Of a stretch of 64,000 bases of DNA, positions 38,129-49,559 are shown one piece after another (the first letter of the stretch is position 1; each line of letters begins with the position of its first letter). Below the pieces are notes generated by a model that worked only from the letters and a program-made list of their open reading frames with translations, was not told the origin of the DNA and searched no databases. The position numbers and the translations under genes were made by a program. The stretch lies in the NCBI RefSeq assembly GCF_036321535.1, contig NC_087451.1:32426001-32490000 (forward strand), written 5' to 3'. The DNA comes from Camelus dromedarius. Lineage: Eukaryota.

Positions 38129-39055
38129 GGTGGCTGGGCATTATGGTTAGTCTGGACCTCCATCAACTTCATCTCAGGACTAAACAGCTGGATTTCTCCC
38201 CTGCTCGCTCTGAGCCTTGGTAGGGCTAAGGGATGGGGTTAAGGAGAGTCCCTATGTAGGGAGAAGGCTAGTAGGGGGTGCTGAGAGAGAAGGGTCAGCC
38301 CCCTGGGTAGGGCTTCCATGGCGCCGGGAGCCCCACACTTGGCTACTGCTTCTTCCTGTGCCCTTTTGAGGTTCTGGCCCCTAGGGAGCCCTCTCCACAG
38401 GGACTACAGGGAGCGATTACTTTTGGCAGACCTTCCGAGTTTTGCAGCCAGGAAGCCTGTGCGGGACACTGGCCCAGCAGCTCCCCAGATCCACAGCATC
38501 TGGGAGATCGCAGTGTGTGTTTTGTGGGGAGAGCACTCCAAGGGAAACAAGGGCAGAAATGGTGTAAATAGCTTTGCACATGACCTTGGCTAGCTCCAGA
38601 AGTCTGCTTTCTTCCATGATGTTTACAAAGAGTGGAAGGATTATCCATTGAGAGAGAGAGAAATTACTGGCAGGGTAGCTGAGGCTGGAGGGGGGTTATG
38701 GGAACATGGTTTGGAGGTCGGATGGCCTTAGAGAGAAGAGGGAGTGGGGGGCAGGGAAAGGTACAGACACCAGATCTGGGAGTCGAGGGCTAGGCTTGTG
38801 TATGGAAGGATGTGCTGCAGCCTGGAAGTGAGGCACTGTAAGTGCTGCAGCCAGAGGATGAGGTCGAGGGACTGGGGATGGTATCGAGACTCAGCCTAAC
38901 TGAGTCTCAATACCAAGGCCAACTTGAGAGGGGGCTGGGAGCTGCCCTGGCTGGGGGCTGGATGAGTGGGTGCAAAGAAGGGTCCAGCTGAGGCTGAGGG
39001 AGGAACAGAGAAGGAGCCGAGCCTGTGAGAAGAGGCCAGAGCAGTTAGTTTAAAA

Positions 39056-39263
39056 CAGGGTTTCCCACCTCAGCATCATCACATTTTGGCCAGATATTTC
39101 TTTGTCGTTGGGACCAGTCCTGTGCATTGTAGGATGTTCCCCAGCATCCCTAGCTTCTACCCACCTGGTTCCAGGAGCCCAAGTCATGACAATCAAAACT
39201 GTCTGCAGACATTGCCAAATGTCCTCTGGGGAGTGGGGCAAAAATCATCTCCAGTTGAGAACA
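39056..39263 (-). mobile_element. MER20 (hAT-Charlie)
   Basis: cagggtttcccacctcagc...cctgtgcattgtaggatgtt...tgtctgcagacattgccaaatgtcc...gttgagaac. Confidence 0.85.
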
Positions 39264-39479
39264 TGCAAGTCTGTTCTGAGTACATAATTGCCTTATTTTT
39301 CAGTGAAGTCCTTGGATGAGGCGAAGGGCACGCTGACCCTGACCATGGGGAGGCTAAATGCCAGCAGAAGGGGTGGCAGAGGAGTCAGACGGCAGGTGAA
39401 GGCATTCTCTGAGCCTGGTCATGTTGAAAAAACCATCTCTGGTGTGGCCTTGGTTGGCTGTGCTGGCTACCTGTCTCCA

Positions 39480-39761
39480 GATCCATTCCCCTCTTCTCCA
39501 CCCTGCCTTCCTCCCCCAAAGCCCACAGCTGCTGTCTGGCACCCTCTCCTCCAGCTACAGCTCTCACTGCTTCCAAAACAGCTCTCTCCTTTTGCTTTTT
39601 CAGGGCCTGGGGGGGAGTGGCTTCTGGCTGTTGCTTGCCCAGGAGTGCTTCACCATTTCTTTAATCCTGCTACACCTCTGTACAAAACCCCTTCATTAAA
39701 CTCTCTTCAATCAGCCCCTTTGAACAGACCATCTGTTTCCTGTTGGGAGGCTGACTGATAG
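39480..39761 (+). mobile_element. ERVL LTR remnant (LTR33/LTR16-like)
   Basis: cattaaactctcttc...ccatctgtttcctgttgggaggctgactgatag resembles an ERVL LTR 3' end. Confidence 0.45.
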
Positions 39762-40658
39762 AGCAGAGTTTGGGATCCAAGCAGCCCTTTTGGAATGACG
39801 CAGGTTTGGCAGCCTCCTGCTTTGCTATAGGTTACTGCTGCTCTTTGGAAATGCATTAGCAACTCAAAAATGGCCTTAAGGTCTGGGAATGCGATCAATC
39901 AAACTGCTAATTCCCCATATGAAAAATGCAATGTCAGAAAAGGCCCCATTGCACAGTCCTGGCTAATGATTAAAACCATCCTAAAATGACTCACTGTTAT
40001 TGATCTGGGCCCAAGTGCGAAAAGGACTGCAGCTGGACACCCTGGTACCAGATGTGGCTGTACAACAGGCGCCCAGGAACAAGTCACTCCATCACTTTGA
40101 GGCTTAATTTTCTGTTGCTTGATTTCTCTGAGGATGAGTTGGGAATGAGTGGGGCTGGCGAAATGAGGGGAGATGACAGGAGTGAATCAAGCCCTTCCAA
40201 GGCTCTGCAGTGACCTCAGGTCTAATTTACAGAGGCACGTCGGAGGTCATAACATTGATGATGATGGTAGCAAATGCCTGTTCAGAACTTGTGGCCCTTG
40301 TTTATCTATGCTATCTAATTTTCATCTTTACAAGAAGTTGGTACTATTTTCCCCTCACATTACGTATTGTGAAGATAAGCCTTGGAGAGATTAAACCTAT
40401 CAATGTCATATAGCTAGTAAGTGGAGGAAGAAAGATTCAAACCTAGTGTGTCTGATTCCAGAATCCTTTCTCTTAACCACCAGACATACTACCCCTGGGT
40501 AGGGAGCCCTATAGGGCTTTCTGGGGTTTCTGATCCTGAATCTCCTTCTGTTTCTCCCATGTGCGAGGATAACAAATGGATCATTAAGACAAACTCTTGA
40601 TGAACTTCCATTATGTACCACATACCGTGCAAAGCTCTGGGGATGTAAGAGTGAATGA

Positions 40659-40858
40659 TTTAGAGATTTGCAGATACTAACTACTATATGGAAAACAGAT
40701 AAACAACAAGTTTCTACTGTATAGCACAGGCAACTATATTCAATATCTTTTAGTAACCTATAATGAAAAAGAATATGAAAAGGAATACATGTATGTATAC
40801 GTATGACTGAAACATTATGCCATACACCAGAAATTGACAAAAAAACCAAAAACAAAAC
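40659..40858 (+). mobile_element. 5'-truncated L1 insertion with target-site duplication
   Basis: L1 3' end ...gaaacattatgccatacaccagaaattgac plus A-rich tail; AGTGAATGA at 40650-40658 and 40859-40867. Confidence 0.85.
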
Positions 40859-40904
40859 AGTGAATGAAATTGGGCCCCAGTCTCCTGGAGCTTGTTGTCT
40901 TGTG

Positions 40905-41211
40905 CAGGAATTTACAAACTTTTCCAGTCAAAGGCCAGAGAGTAAATATTTTGTAGATGATACAGTCTCTGTCACAACTACTCAACGGCACCATCAAAGT
41001 GCAAAACAGCCAGAGACAATATGTAAAGAAATGAGCATCATTGTTTTTCAATAAAATTTTTAAAATTTTATGTAATTTTCACATTACAGAATATTATTCT
41101 TTACAGTGTTTAAAAACTTTTTAAGAATGTAATACACTATGAACTTGTGGGTTGTACAAAAACAGGTAGTGGGCAGGATTTGGCCTGCAAACTGTAGTTT
41201 GCCTAATCCTG
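40905..41211 (+). mobile_element. MER58-type hAT transposon
   Basis: caggaatttacaaacttttt...aaaggccagagagtaaatatttt...tctctgtcacaactactcaac...gatttggcctgcaaactgtagtttgcc. Confidence 0.75.
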
Positions 41212-41400
41212 GTCGAGTGGGACAAGCACAAAACACAGTGGCTTATTAGAAGTCAGAGCAGTATTTACTTCTCAGTACCAGGGAGCGGAAGTGACTAGAA
41301 GGGGCACAAGGAACTCCTGGGGGTGCTGGCCATGTTCTATTTATTGATCTGTGTGGTGATCACATGGTTACATCTTGTGATGATTCGTCAAACAGTACTT

Positions 41401-41633
41401 TCTTTTCCTATTTACTTATTTACTTTTTTAAAAACACCTTTATTGTGGTATGATTCCTGTACAGTAAACTACACATATTTCAGATGTGCAATTTGATGAA
41501 TTTTGATAGATGTTTACACCAGTGAAACCACCACCACCACAATCAAGGTAGCAAATGGAGATACCAGGGATTGAACCCAGGACCTCATGCATGCTAAGCA
41601 TGCACTCTACCACTAAGCTATACCCTCCCCCCA
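41401..41633 (-). mobile_element. Composite retroposon: tRNA-Ala/Vic-1 head, old L1M 3' end and A-rich tail, with a 13-bp TSD
   Basis: TCAAACAGTACTT at 41388-41400 and 41634-41646; head 41632-41556 with A and B boxes; AATAAA 41444-41439; T5 41434-41430; A-rich tail 41429-41401. Confidence 0.8.
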
Positions 41634-41678
41634 TCAAACAGTACTTATAATTTGTGTGCTTTTCTGTTTGTTACACTT

Positions 41679-42130
41679 TGTAAAGAAAAAAATGTTGCCT
41701 GCTATTCCAGTTCTACAAGGATCAAGCCATTAGTCACTGTAGTCACTCACCGACTGTTCCCTGAGGGGAATTCAGGATGGGGAAAAACAGAAAGCATTCT
41801 GCAATGATTTGGATATACAGGCCCCTAGATAAGTTACATATTTAAGGGAAAAATGTCAATGATCCTAGATTCTTCCATCTTCCCATATATGGAAAAGCAC
41901 TAAAATCATTAACTCGAGTTATCTGTTCTATGTGATGAGCAGTAATCTTTTTATGCTTGACTTCATGTTTTTCCCAGCAAGAAAAAAAGTTTATATATAT
42001 CTTGACTCCTCCCTTACCTCTTTGGAGCAGTTTCTCAGAATAATCCGAGAGCCTGTCTCCTGGGCTACAGTTCTAAGATCTCAGAATAAAACTTAATTCA
42101 CAACATTGTGCATTTTTCTTTCAGTTGACA
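41679..42130 (+). mobile_element. ERV1-type solo LTR (MER34/MER31-like)
   Basis: TGTAAAG...TTTCAGTTGACA termini, TATA-like tttatatatat near 41990, AATAAA 42085-42090, flanks ACTT/ACTG consistent with a 4-bp TSD with one mismatch. Confidence 0.7.
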
Positions 42131-42559
42131 ACTGCAGTAAATAAGATAATTAAAAAGCTATAAAGCAGTATAATAAGTAATGATGGGCTGGAGTGTTGAG
42201 GGGACAAAAAGGGGCCCTAACCCAGCTTGGGAGAGGATGGGTCAGGGAAGGCATCTCCAAGGATGTGCTTGACAACGGGGGGGGGGGGGGGGGCGGGGAG
42301 GAGTGGGTCGGCGGAGGGAAGGTGGCTTCAGAATTATTGGGTTAGATGTGACCACAGATCCTGTCATTTAAAAGTCCATTTTGTTCATCATGGATTTTTT
42401 TTGGAGATCTAGCTTTGTCCTTAGTACGAAGGGCAAGAAGCTCCTCCTCTGTTCCCTCACCTACGTAAAGGGGAGGATGGTTAAGCAACAAGATCTTCAA
42501 GGTTTAAAATTCTCCCGGGCCTGACCTGGACAGCATCTTGCCGGGGCCAAATCTGTACA

Positions 42560-43320
42560 ATGCTCGGCATCGGAGAGAGGGGTGGCCAAGGTCCTGGCGG
42601 GAGACTCTTTTTTGCAGACTTCCGGACTCCGTGATTATTACCCAATGGGCAGGGAGGCTCGCTTGGACCTGGCTTGTGATTGGCTGGGACGCGGTGGGGA
42701 ACGCCATCAAATCGGAAAGGGGCCTTGCGTCATCAGAGAGAGTCGAGAGCCTCCGAGAGGGAGCTGCTAAGTAAAGTAAGCTCCTTTTTAATTGGCTCCC
42801 TCTTTCAGGCGGCATTGAAACAGCAATGGGGATTTGCTCTCTTCCAACCCTAGGCTCCAGATAATCGGAGAGACGTTGAAGATTGGGGAGAAATTTATTG
42901 AGTCACGTACGGCCCGGAAGCCCTGGGGGGCGGGTCTTCAGCAGAAGTGGGTGGGCCCCAGAGGGAGGGATTCTTTTGGGGCTGGGGGTGGAGTCGCTAC
43001 TCAAGGCTTTCCCGGAGCGTGGGAGGCGGGATTTGGGGGCGGGCCCCCGATTGTGGGCGTGGTCGGAAGAAGGGCGGGGCGGGGTCGGAGCGGGCGCGGA
43101 GCACGGGGTAGTCTCCGGGATAGGATCGGCTGGCCGGTTCCTGTTTCTAGGCATGGCTCTGCGCTGCTGGCGCTGGTGGCACTGGTCAGCGTGGCCTCGG
43201 AGTCGGCCGCCTCCTTCTGGGAGCACCCCGAGTAGGAGCAGGACACCTCTAGGTCTGGATAAGAGCGCGGGGACGCCTGCGAGCGCGAAGTGTAGGGGTC
43301 GAGGCCGAGCTGGGGCAGGG
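42560..43320. promoter_or_regulatory. FDXR CpG-rich promoter with CCAAT and GC boxes
   Basis: CCAAT/ATTGG near 42642, 42679 and 42791; GGGCGG boxes at about 43045-43085; elevated CpG. Confidence 0.65.
43153..43231 (+). CDS. FDXR: Ferredoxin (adrenodoxin) reductase exon 1, mitochondrial targeting peptide
   Basis: GGCATGG; [26 protein letters not shown]; donor GTAGGA at 43232 (79 nt). Confidence 0.93.
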
Positions 43321-44000
43321 CTGGAGAGGGGAGAGGGAGGGACCAGGGTCGAGACTGGAGGGGCCCACTCATGCAGATGAGATAGGGGTGGTGTACAGGG
43401 GCAGATGGCGGCCCATGCGGTGAGATACGAGGCTCCTGGGGTGAGACAGGGGTCAACAAAGGTGAGAAAGGAAGACCGTGATGTCCACAGGTGTGAGGAG
43501 TGTATGGGGATGATACAGAGGCCTGTGGGGCAAGAGGGAAGTCTGGGGCCCAAAGGGGCAAAAACGGGCTTTGTGGTGAGAGAGGGACTAGAAGAGGTAA
43601 AATGGGGCATTGTGGGGAGATCTACAGGGGTGAGACTGGGATGATCTGGAGTCTGTTGGAAGGATGTGGTATTCTAGCTGGGTAGGTAGGGAACCCAGTA
43701 AGAAAAATTAGAAAGTACTGTGTAGGGCAGCCTCAGGGGTGAAGGGAATTATTGAGTAAACTATCTTCAGTGGTACAGTAAGTTCACAGGTGAGATGGCA
43801 GCTCTGGATGGAGACAAAGCCTCTGGGGGTTCAGAAGAAGTAAGGGACCCTGCAGACACCAGAGCTTTGAGGAAGAAGGGAAGGAGGGTGCAGATGAGGT
43901 TGAAGCCTGGGAGGCTCATCTTCTGTTCCACACTGAAGTTGGTTTGGGACTGGGGAGGGAGCCTTGACCTGACTTTCCTTCCTGGTCCCCCCAACCGCAG

Positions 44001-44098
44001 GCTTCTGCCAGCAGTTCTCCACCCAGGAGCAGACCCCTCAGATCTGTGTGGTGGGCAGTGGCCCAGCGGGCTTCTACACAGCTCAACACCTGCTGAAG
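44001..44098 (+). CDS. FDXR: FDXR exon 2, FAD-binding GSGPAG motif
   Basis: CAG acceptor; [32 protein letters not shown]; donor GTAAGC. Confidence 0.96.
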
Positions 44099-47000
44099 GT
44101 AAGCCACTTCCTCCTGCTTCCCTTTCCCATAATTCATCTGCTGCTCCAATCCTAAGATCAAGCCCCACCCTCTTTTGGTTTGAAAAACACTCCTGGATCC
44201 CTGATGGGGAAGGGGCTCCTGGCCTATCTAGATGGGACACTTCCTACCTGCTTTATCACCTACATCTGGGGCTCCCCACTCTAGGGTCTCAGCTGTGGGA
44301 GAAGTGTGTTTGCCTCATGGGTGATGGTCAGTGGTCCATGGCAGATGGTGGGCTATGCCTTCTTGACCAAGTACTCCACAGAACTTATGTACACCGGCAC
44401 GATGATTTTGTCCTGCCCCTCATCTTCCCTTCTTTCTCCTCTGTCTCCACTCTGTCCCCAACATTCTGCATCTTGCAGCTACCCTTCTTCTCAGGGCTTC
44501 TGTAACTTGAGGCACCTCGCCATCCTCTCCTCACCAGCTGCTCCAGCCCTTCCTGTGCCATGCTGGTCTTTCAGCTGGCCCCACCTCCCTATTCCCCCCC
44601 ACCCCACACTCATGGTCAGGGTCTCAAGGTTTATAGTGTTGGCCTTCGTGGGCAGGGCCCCAAGGCTGCTGGTTGCCCTTGAGACTTCAGCAGATCTTGG
44701 TGGGAGGGAGGAGGGAGGGAAATCATGGGTTGGGGTGGGGGGAGGGTGCGGCAGACCTAGGATGACTAAGACATAGGACCGTGGCCTTGCTGAGGAGAGA
44801 CAGGAGAAGGGATGAATATATTAATTATACACACACATATACAGATACTTCAAAGGTAGGGTGACCCACCTCACCAGTTTGCCCAGGACATGAGGCTTTC
44901 AGTGTTAAAACTGAGAGGGTCTTGGGGAGACTAGGAGGAGTTGGTCACCCTGCTGAAAAGTGACCTAAGCATGCCTTCCAAGCCACCGAGGTGATAGAGC
45001 TGATTGCGGTGATGTGGTCAGCCTGAGCCTGGTTAGGTGGGGTTGGACAGAAAGTGTTTCCTGGAGAAGGTGTTTGAGTTGCATGGAAGGAGGCTGGGCT
45101 CTGGAGAGGGCCTCCCCTGCATGGGGAGTCATCCTGGGGCAAATTTTCACGTGTTAGGTCAGCCCTGGGCTCTGGGATGGAGACCAGGGATCTCATAGGG
45201 GCTGGAGAGGGCTTTCTGTAAGGGGCACTGTGGGAGCTGAGCCTGAATTGGGGGAGGGAGGAGACTGGGCCTTCCAGGCAGGATTCTCAGTGCCCTCAGT
45301 GTGAACAGAGGCTCTAGCCTGCACTCAGCTGGCAAACACTTACACACTTTTCCTGTGGGAGGTGCTGGGGGATGGACCCAGAGACCAACTACAAGGTGGT
45401 CCTTGCCCACTGGGAGCTCCAAGCTATTGTCTATGCTCCCGTGGCAGGAATGTAGGCAACACGTTTGGGACAGTGGCACTTAGCTTAGTCAGGCACTGTC
45501 TGGACAGCATCTCATCGCATCCTCGAGACAACTTGTGAAGCATGTGTCATGAGTGTTGCTTCACGGGTGAGGACACTGAGGCTGAGCAAGATTGCCCAAG
45601 GCCCCACCACTGAGCAGGGAAGGCGCTGCGTTCTGAGCACGGGCAGTCCGACGACAGAGCCGGCTCATAAGCAACATGTGGGCCATTCAGTAATCAATCA
45701 CAGGACACTAGCACATTCCAGGCACAGGCACTGCGCTGGGAATGCGGGTGTGAGCAGGACAGATGTGGTCCCCATGCTTAAGGACCTGACAGTCTAATGT
45801 AGGGAGGGGAAGAGGCTTTGCATGGAATTCTAGGGCTCTGATGTAGGGGCGGAGGGCATGTTCAGGAGTGGGCACATAACTCAGCCTGGAGGAGGTGATG
45901 TTCAGGTTGCTGTCTGAAGGACTGAAGGAGCTGTTGGATGGGGTGGGGGTGTGTGGGTAGGAGGCTAGAGGGCCCCAGGCACAGAGAACCGCAGGACAAA
46001 GACCTGGAGGAAAGAGAGAATGCGGGTCTGGGGACAGGTGAGTTCAGGGAGGTAGGCGTGTGCAGTGAGGATGGAGAGGTGATTGCAGAGGCTGGAGGAG
46101 GTAGGTGGGCCCAGATCCTGGGGGCTTGGAAGTCACTGATCAGCTTGGATTCACGCAGTTTCTCTTGGTGCTGTCTGCCCTCCTCCCTCTATCCGAGCCC
46201 CCTGGGGGACTTGTTAAAACTCACATTTCTGGGCCTAGTTTATACCTAATCAGACTGTGGCTGAGGCCCAGGAATCAACATTTGTAAACAAGCCCCTGGA
46301 GAGGTCTGCTGCCTGTCACTCTAGGTGGCTAGCATCACCAAAGTGTTTTAGGCAGGGACTGAAGGCTCCCCATATTTGATCTGGAGCTCTCTCTCTGCCT
46401 GCAGGGCAGACAGCAGGGCGGGGAGGCAGGGCTGTGGGCCGGGAGGGCAGTAGGGAGCTGCTGCGGTGGCAGTGGTGAGGGTGGCGGTCTGATTGGACAG
46501 AGTTGAGGGGAGTCAGGGAGGAGCCCCAGATTCTGGCTTGGGCTCTGGGTGGATGGGGTGGAAGGAAGCCCAGGAGCAGAGGGGAGAGGTTTGGGGGAGG
46601 GGGAACTGGCTCTCATCTGGATGGACATCAGGTGTCTGGGGTGAGCTGTCCAGGGGTCTCAGGCTTGGTGACAGGTCTGGGCAGGAGAGAGAGAGTAGAA
46701 TGCCATCAGTAAGTCCACGGGGAAGAACCTCAGAGAATATTTTTTTAGCGGGGTGGGGAGGGCAGAAGAAAAGGGGCCTGGAAAAGAGCAACCAGGGGGT
46801 TGGAGGGAACTGCGAGAGTTAGGGAGGAGAGGCTTCCTGGAAGAGGAAGCCAGCTGTGTGAGAGAACCAGTAAATAGGTCCAGCAGGTTTAACCTTATAG
46901 AAGTGGCCTTGGAGAGGGCCATGTGACCTGGTGGGAAGGGTCCATAGCAGGAAAGAAGGGAAGATAAGATGAGAATTGGACTGTGCATGGTACTGACCTC

Positions 47001-48383
47001 CAGGCTAAGCAGTTTAAACTTTGTCCCATGGCCGGGCAGCCAGGGAAGTTTTGTTAGGAAGGCTGAGTCATACAACACAACAGCAACCACAGTGGTGGTA
47101 ATGGCAGCAGCGGTCAGGCCCTGGGGCTCAGTGTGCAGGCCTTGCTCATTTAATCTTGAGCATCACCCCAGAAGGAATGTGCTGTTGCCCAGAGAAGTTA
47201 AGAAATATTCCAGGGGCAGCACGGAATCAGATAGCAGAGGGCCTGGGCTGGCCCCAGCCGTGGTTGACTCCAAAGTTGCAGTTCTTCTGCGGGTATCATG
47301 TCAGTGGGGCTGGAGGGAGATGGTTCTGGCGCCACCTGCGGCTGGTCCGGGTAGGGAGAGTCAGGAGACACGATGCACGGGTGGGTGGGCAATGGGGGCC
47401 TGGACTTGGGTGCAGGCAGTGGAGTAGAAGGGAAGAAGGGATGTGGACGGAGGCAAAGAGGTAAGTGTGAGGCCTGCTAGATGGCAGGAGCTCATTTTCT
47501 TTGAGTCCATTGCATTGGGAGTATTGAATTGGGCAGGAGCCGAGATGGGGGTGTGAGGCAGGGCAGTGACATCCATAGGGGTCCCGACTGCTTGACTCTG
47601 AATCTGCTTGTGGCCCAGAGTCTCTCACCATCCTGACTTCCTGATGATTCACAGCCACCCCGAGAGTGTCCCAGTTTGCAGAGGAAGAGACTGAGCCCCA
47701 GCAGATCCTGGGACTTGCCAGGGCTATGTGGCTTTTTGGTAGCAGAGCCAGACCACACGTCTGCCCAGACCCATGCCTTCCCTACGGCTCTTGTAGGTGC
47801 CCCGAGGAGCAGGCAGTGTGGGACTGACATGTGAGTGACATTGCTTTCTTCTAAGACAAAGAGTAGGGCCACTTCCATCTCCCTTTGCCTGCCTTATACT
47901 CCAGCTGTGTCCCCAACTCTCTGTCCTGCTGGTCCTCTTTCCAACAGAATGGTCTTGGAGACTAAAGCTAAGGCAGGTATGGATTTCAGAAAGTGGTTCT
48001 CAGGGCATCAGATGGGCTGGGCAATTCTCAAAGTGTCCAGGAGTTCTAGTGCAGGGCAGTGTATCACGCCGGACCCAAGCAGTTGACGAAGCTCCCCTGA
48101 TACAACTCCAGTGGAGGGCGAGCTGCCGCCTTCCTTTGCTGGCCGGGGTTCTCCCTGTCTCGCTGGGCTGGCAGTCCTTGCAGCCTGGCCTCGGCCGTCC
48201 TGGCTCTGTGCTGCCAGTTCCTCTTGTCTGGCTCTCTAGGAAGACGGGGACTTTTCTCCTTGCAGAGGGTCCTTGTGTCCTCAGCCCACTGAACTGGGCT
48301 CTCCTGCTCTGTCCTGGGAAGGGCAGGACCCGTAGGGGCCCAGCCTCACCCTCAGCCCCACCAGCTGCCGCCCTCTCCCCCAG

Positions 48384-48479
48384 CACCACCCCCGGGCCTG
48401 TGTGGACATCTTCGAGAAGCAGCTTGTGCCCTTTGGCCTGGTGCGCTTTGGTGTGGCGCCTGACCACCCGGAGGTGAAG
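48384..48479 (+). CDS. FDXR: FDXR exon 3 (96 nt)
   Basis: [32 protein letters not shown]; CAG/GT boundaries. Confidence 0.95.
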
Positions 48480-48678
48480 GTGGGTGTCTCTGGCCTCAGA
48501 GCAGGAGTTTGGAGGCTGCGGTCAAGGTGAGGAGGGAAGGGAGGCTCCCGGGCCGCACGGAATGACCCCAGGCCCTCTGCTGTGGATACCACCTAGGATG
48601 TTGGGGGGTGAGGGTGGCACAGCCATGGTCCCCGGAGCTGCCCCATCATCTAACCCCTCCCACTCTGGGGCCCGGCAG

Positions 48679-48801
48679 AATGTCATCAACACTTTTACCC
48701 AGACGGCCCGCTCTGACCGCTGTGCCTTCCATGGCAACGTGGTGGTGGGCAGGGATGTGACTGTGCCGGAGCTGCGGGAGGCCTACCACGCCGTGGTGCT
48801 G
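48679..48801 (+). CDS. FDXR: FDXR exon 4 (123 nt)
   Basis: [41 protein letters not shown]; donor GTGAGT. Confidence 0.95.
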
Positions 48802-48975
48802 GTGAGTGCAGCCGGGTGGGCGGGGCCACCGCCGTGGCGCGTGGCAGAGGGCTGGGAGACAGGGTGAGGGCCAGGGTGGAAGCTATGGAGGAGGAGCTGG
48901 AAGGAGGCTGCTGGGAGCCTGGTGGGGGCTGCCTGGCCCCTTAACTGGTGCTGAGGCCTCTGGGTCTTTCCTCAG

Positions 48976-49089
48976 AGCTATGGGGCAGAGGACAACCAGG
49001 CCCTGGAAATCCCTGGTGAGGAGCTGCCTGGTGTATTCTCAGCCCGGGCTTTTGTGGGCTGGTACAACGGGCTTCCCGAGAACCGGGAG
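48976..49089 (+). CDS. FDXR: FDXR exon 5 (114 nt)
   Basis: [38 protein letters not shown]; donor GTGAGT. Confidence 0.95.
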
Positions 49090-49397
49090 GTGAGTTCAGG
49101 GAGCCCTCCCCCTGCCTTTTCCTCCCCACTTCTCAGCCAGGGCCAGTGGCAACTTTTGGATGCCATAGCTGGGGAAAGAGGGAGGCCTGGGAGGTTCCCA
49201 GTGAGAGGAGATTTGAAACATCGTGCCAAAAGAGGGGGAGGCCTCTGGAAAGAGGGGGCACTCGTAGAGGAAGAGGGCCCTTAGTTGCAGCTCAGGTAGC
49301 TGAAATTTCCCCCTGAGTGTTCACCCCATCTACTCAGAGCCCAAGTGTCGGGGAGCCTGAGGGCAGGGCTGGGGACCTGGCATGAGGCTGAGATTAG

Positions 49398-49559
<162 letters not shown>

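Noticed and set aside
41556-41632. tRNA-Ala(AGC) gene (also 62624-62701)
   Set aside because: Extra 5' GGGA bases, acceptor-stem mismatches, A-rich tails and TSDs mark these as tRNA-derived SINEs, not functional tRNA genes.
43795-44505. 236-aa ATG-initiated ORF in FDXR intron 1/exon 2/intron 2
   Set aside because: It crosses exon 2 out of frame with FDXR and has no recognisable homology; consistent with a chance ORF in GC-rich DNA.
44967-45863. p53 response element in FDXR intron 2 (half-sites AAGCATGCCT at 44967-44976 and GGGCATGTTC at 45854-45863)
   Set aside because: FDXR is a known p53 target, but each is an isolated perfect half-site about 880 bp apart with no good adjacent partner, so I cannot support a full element.
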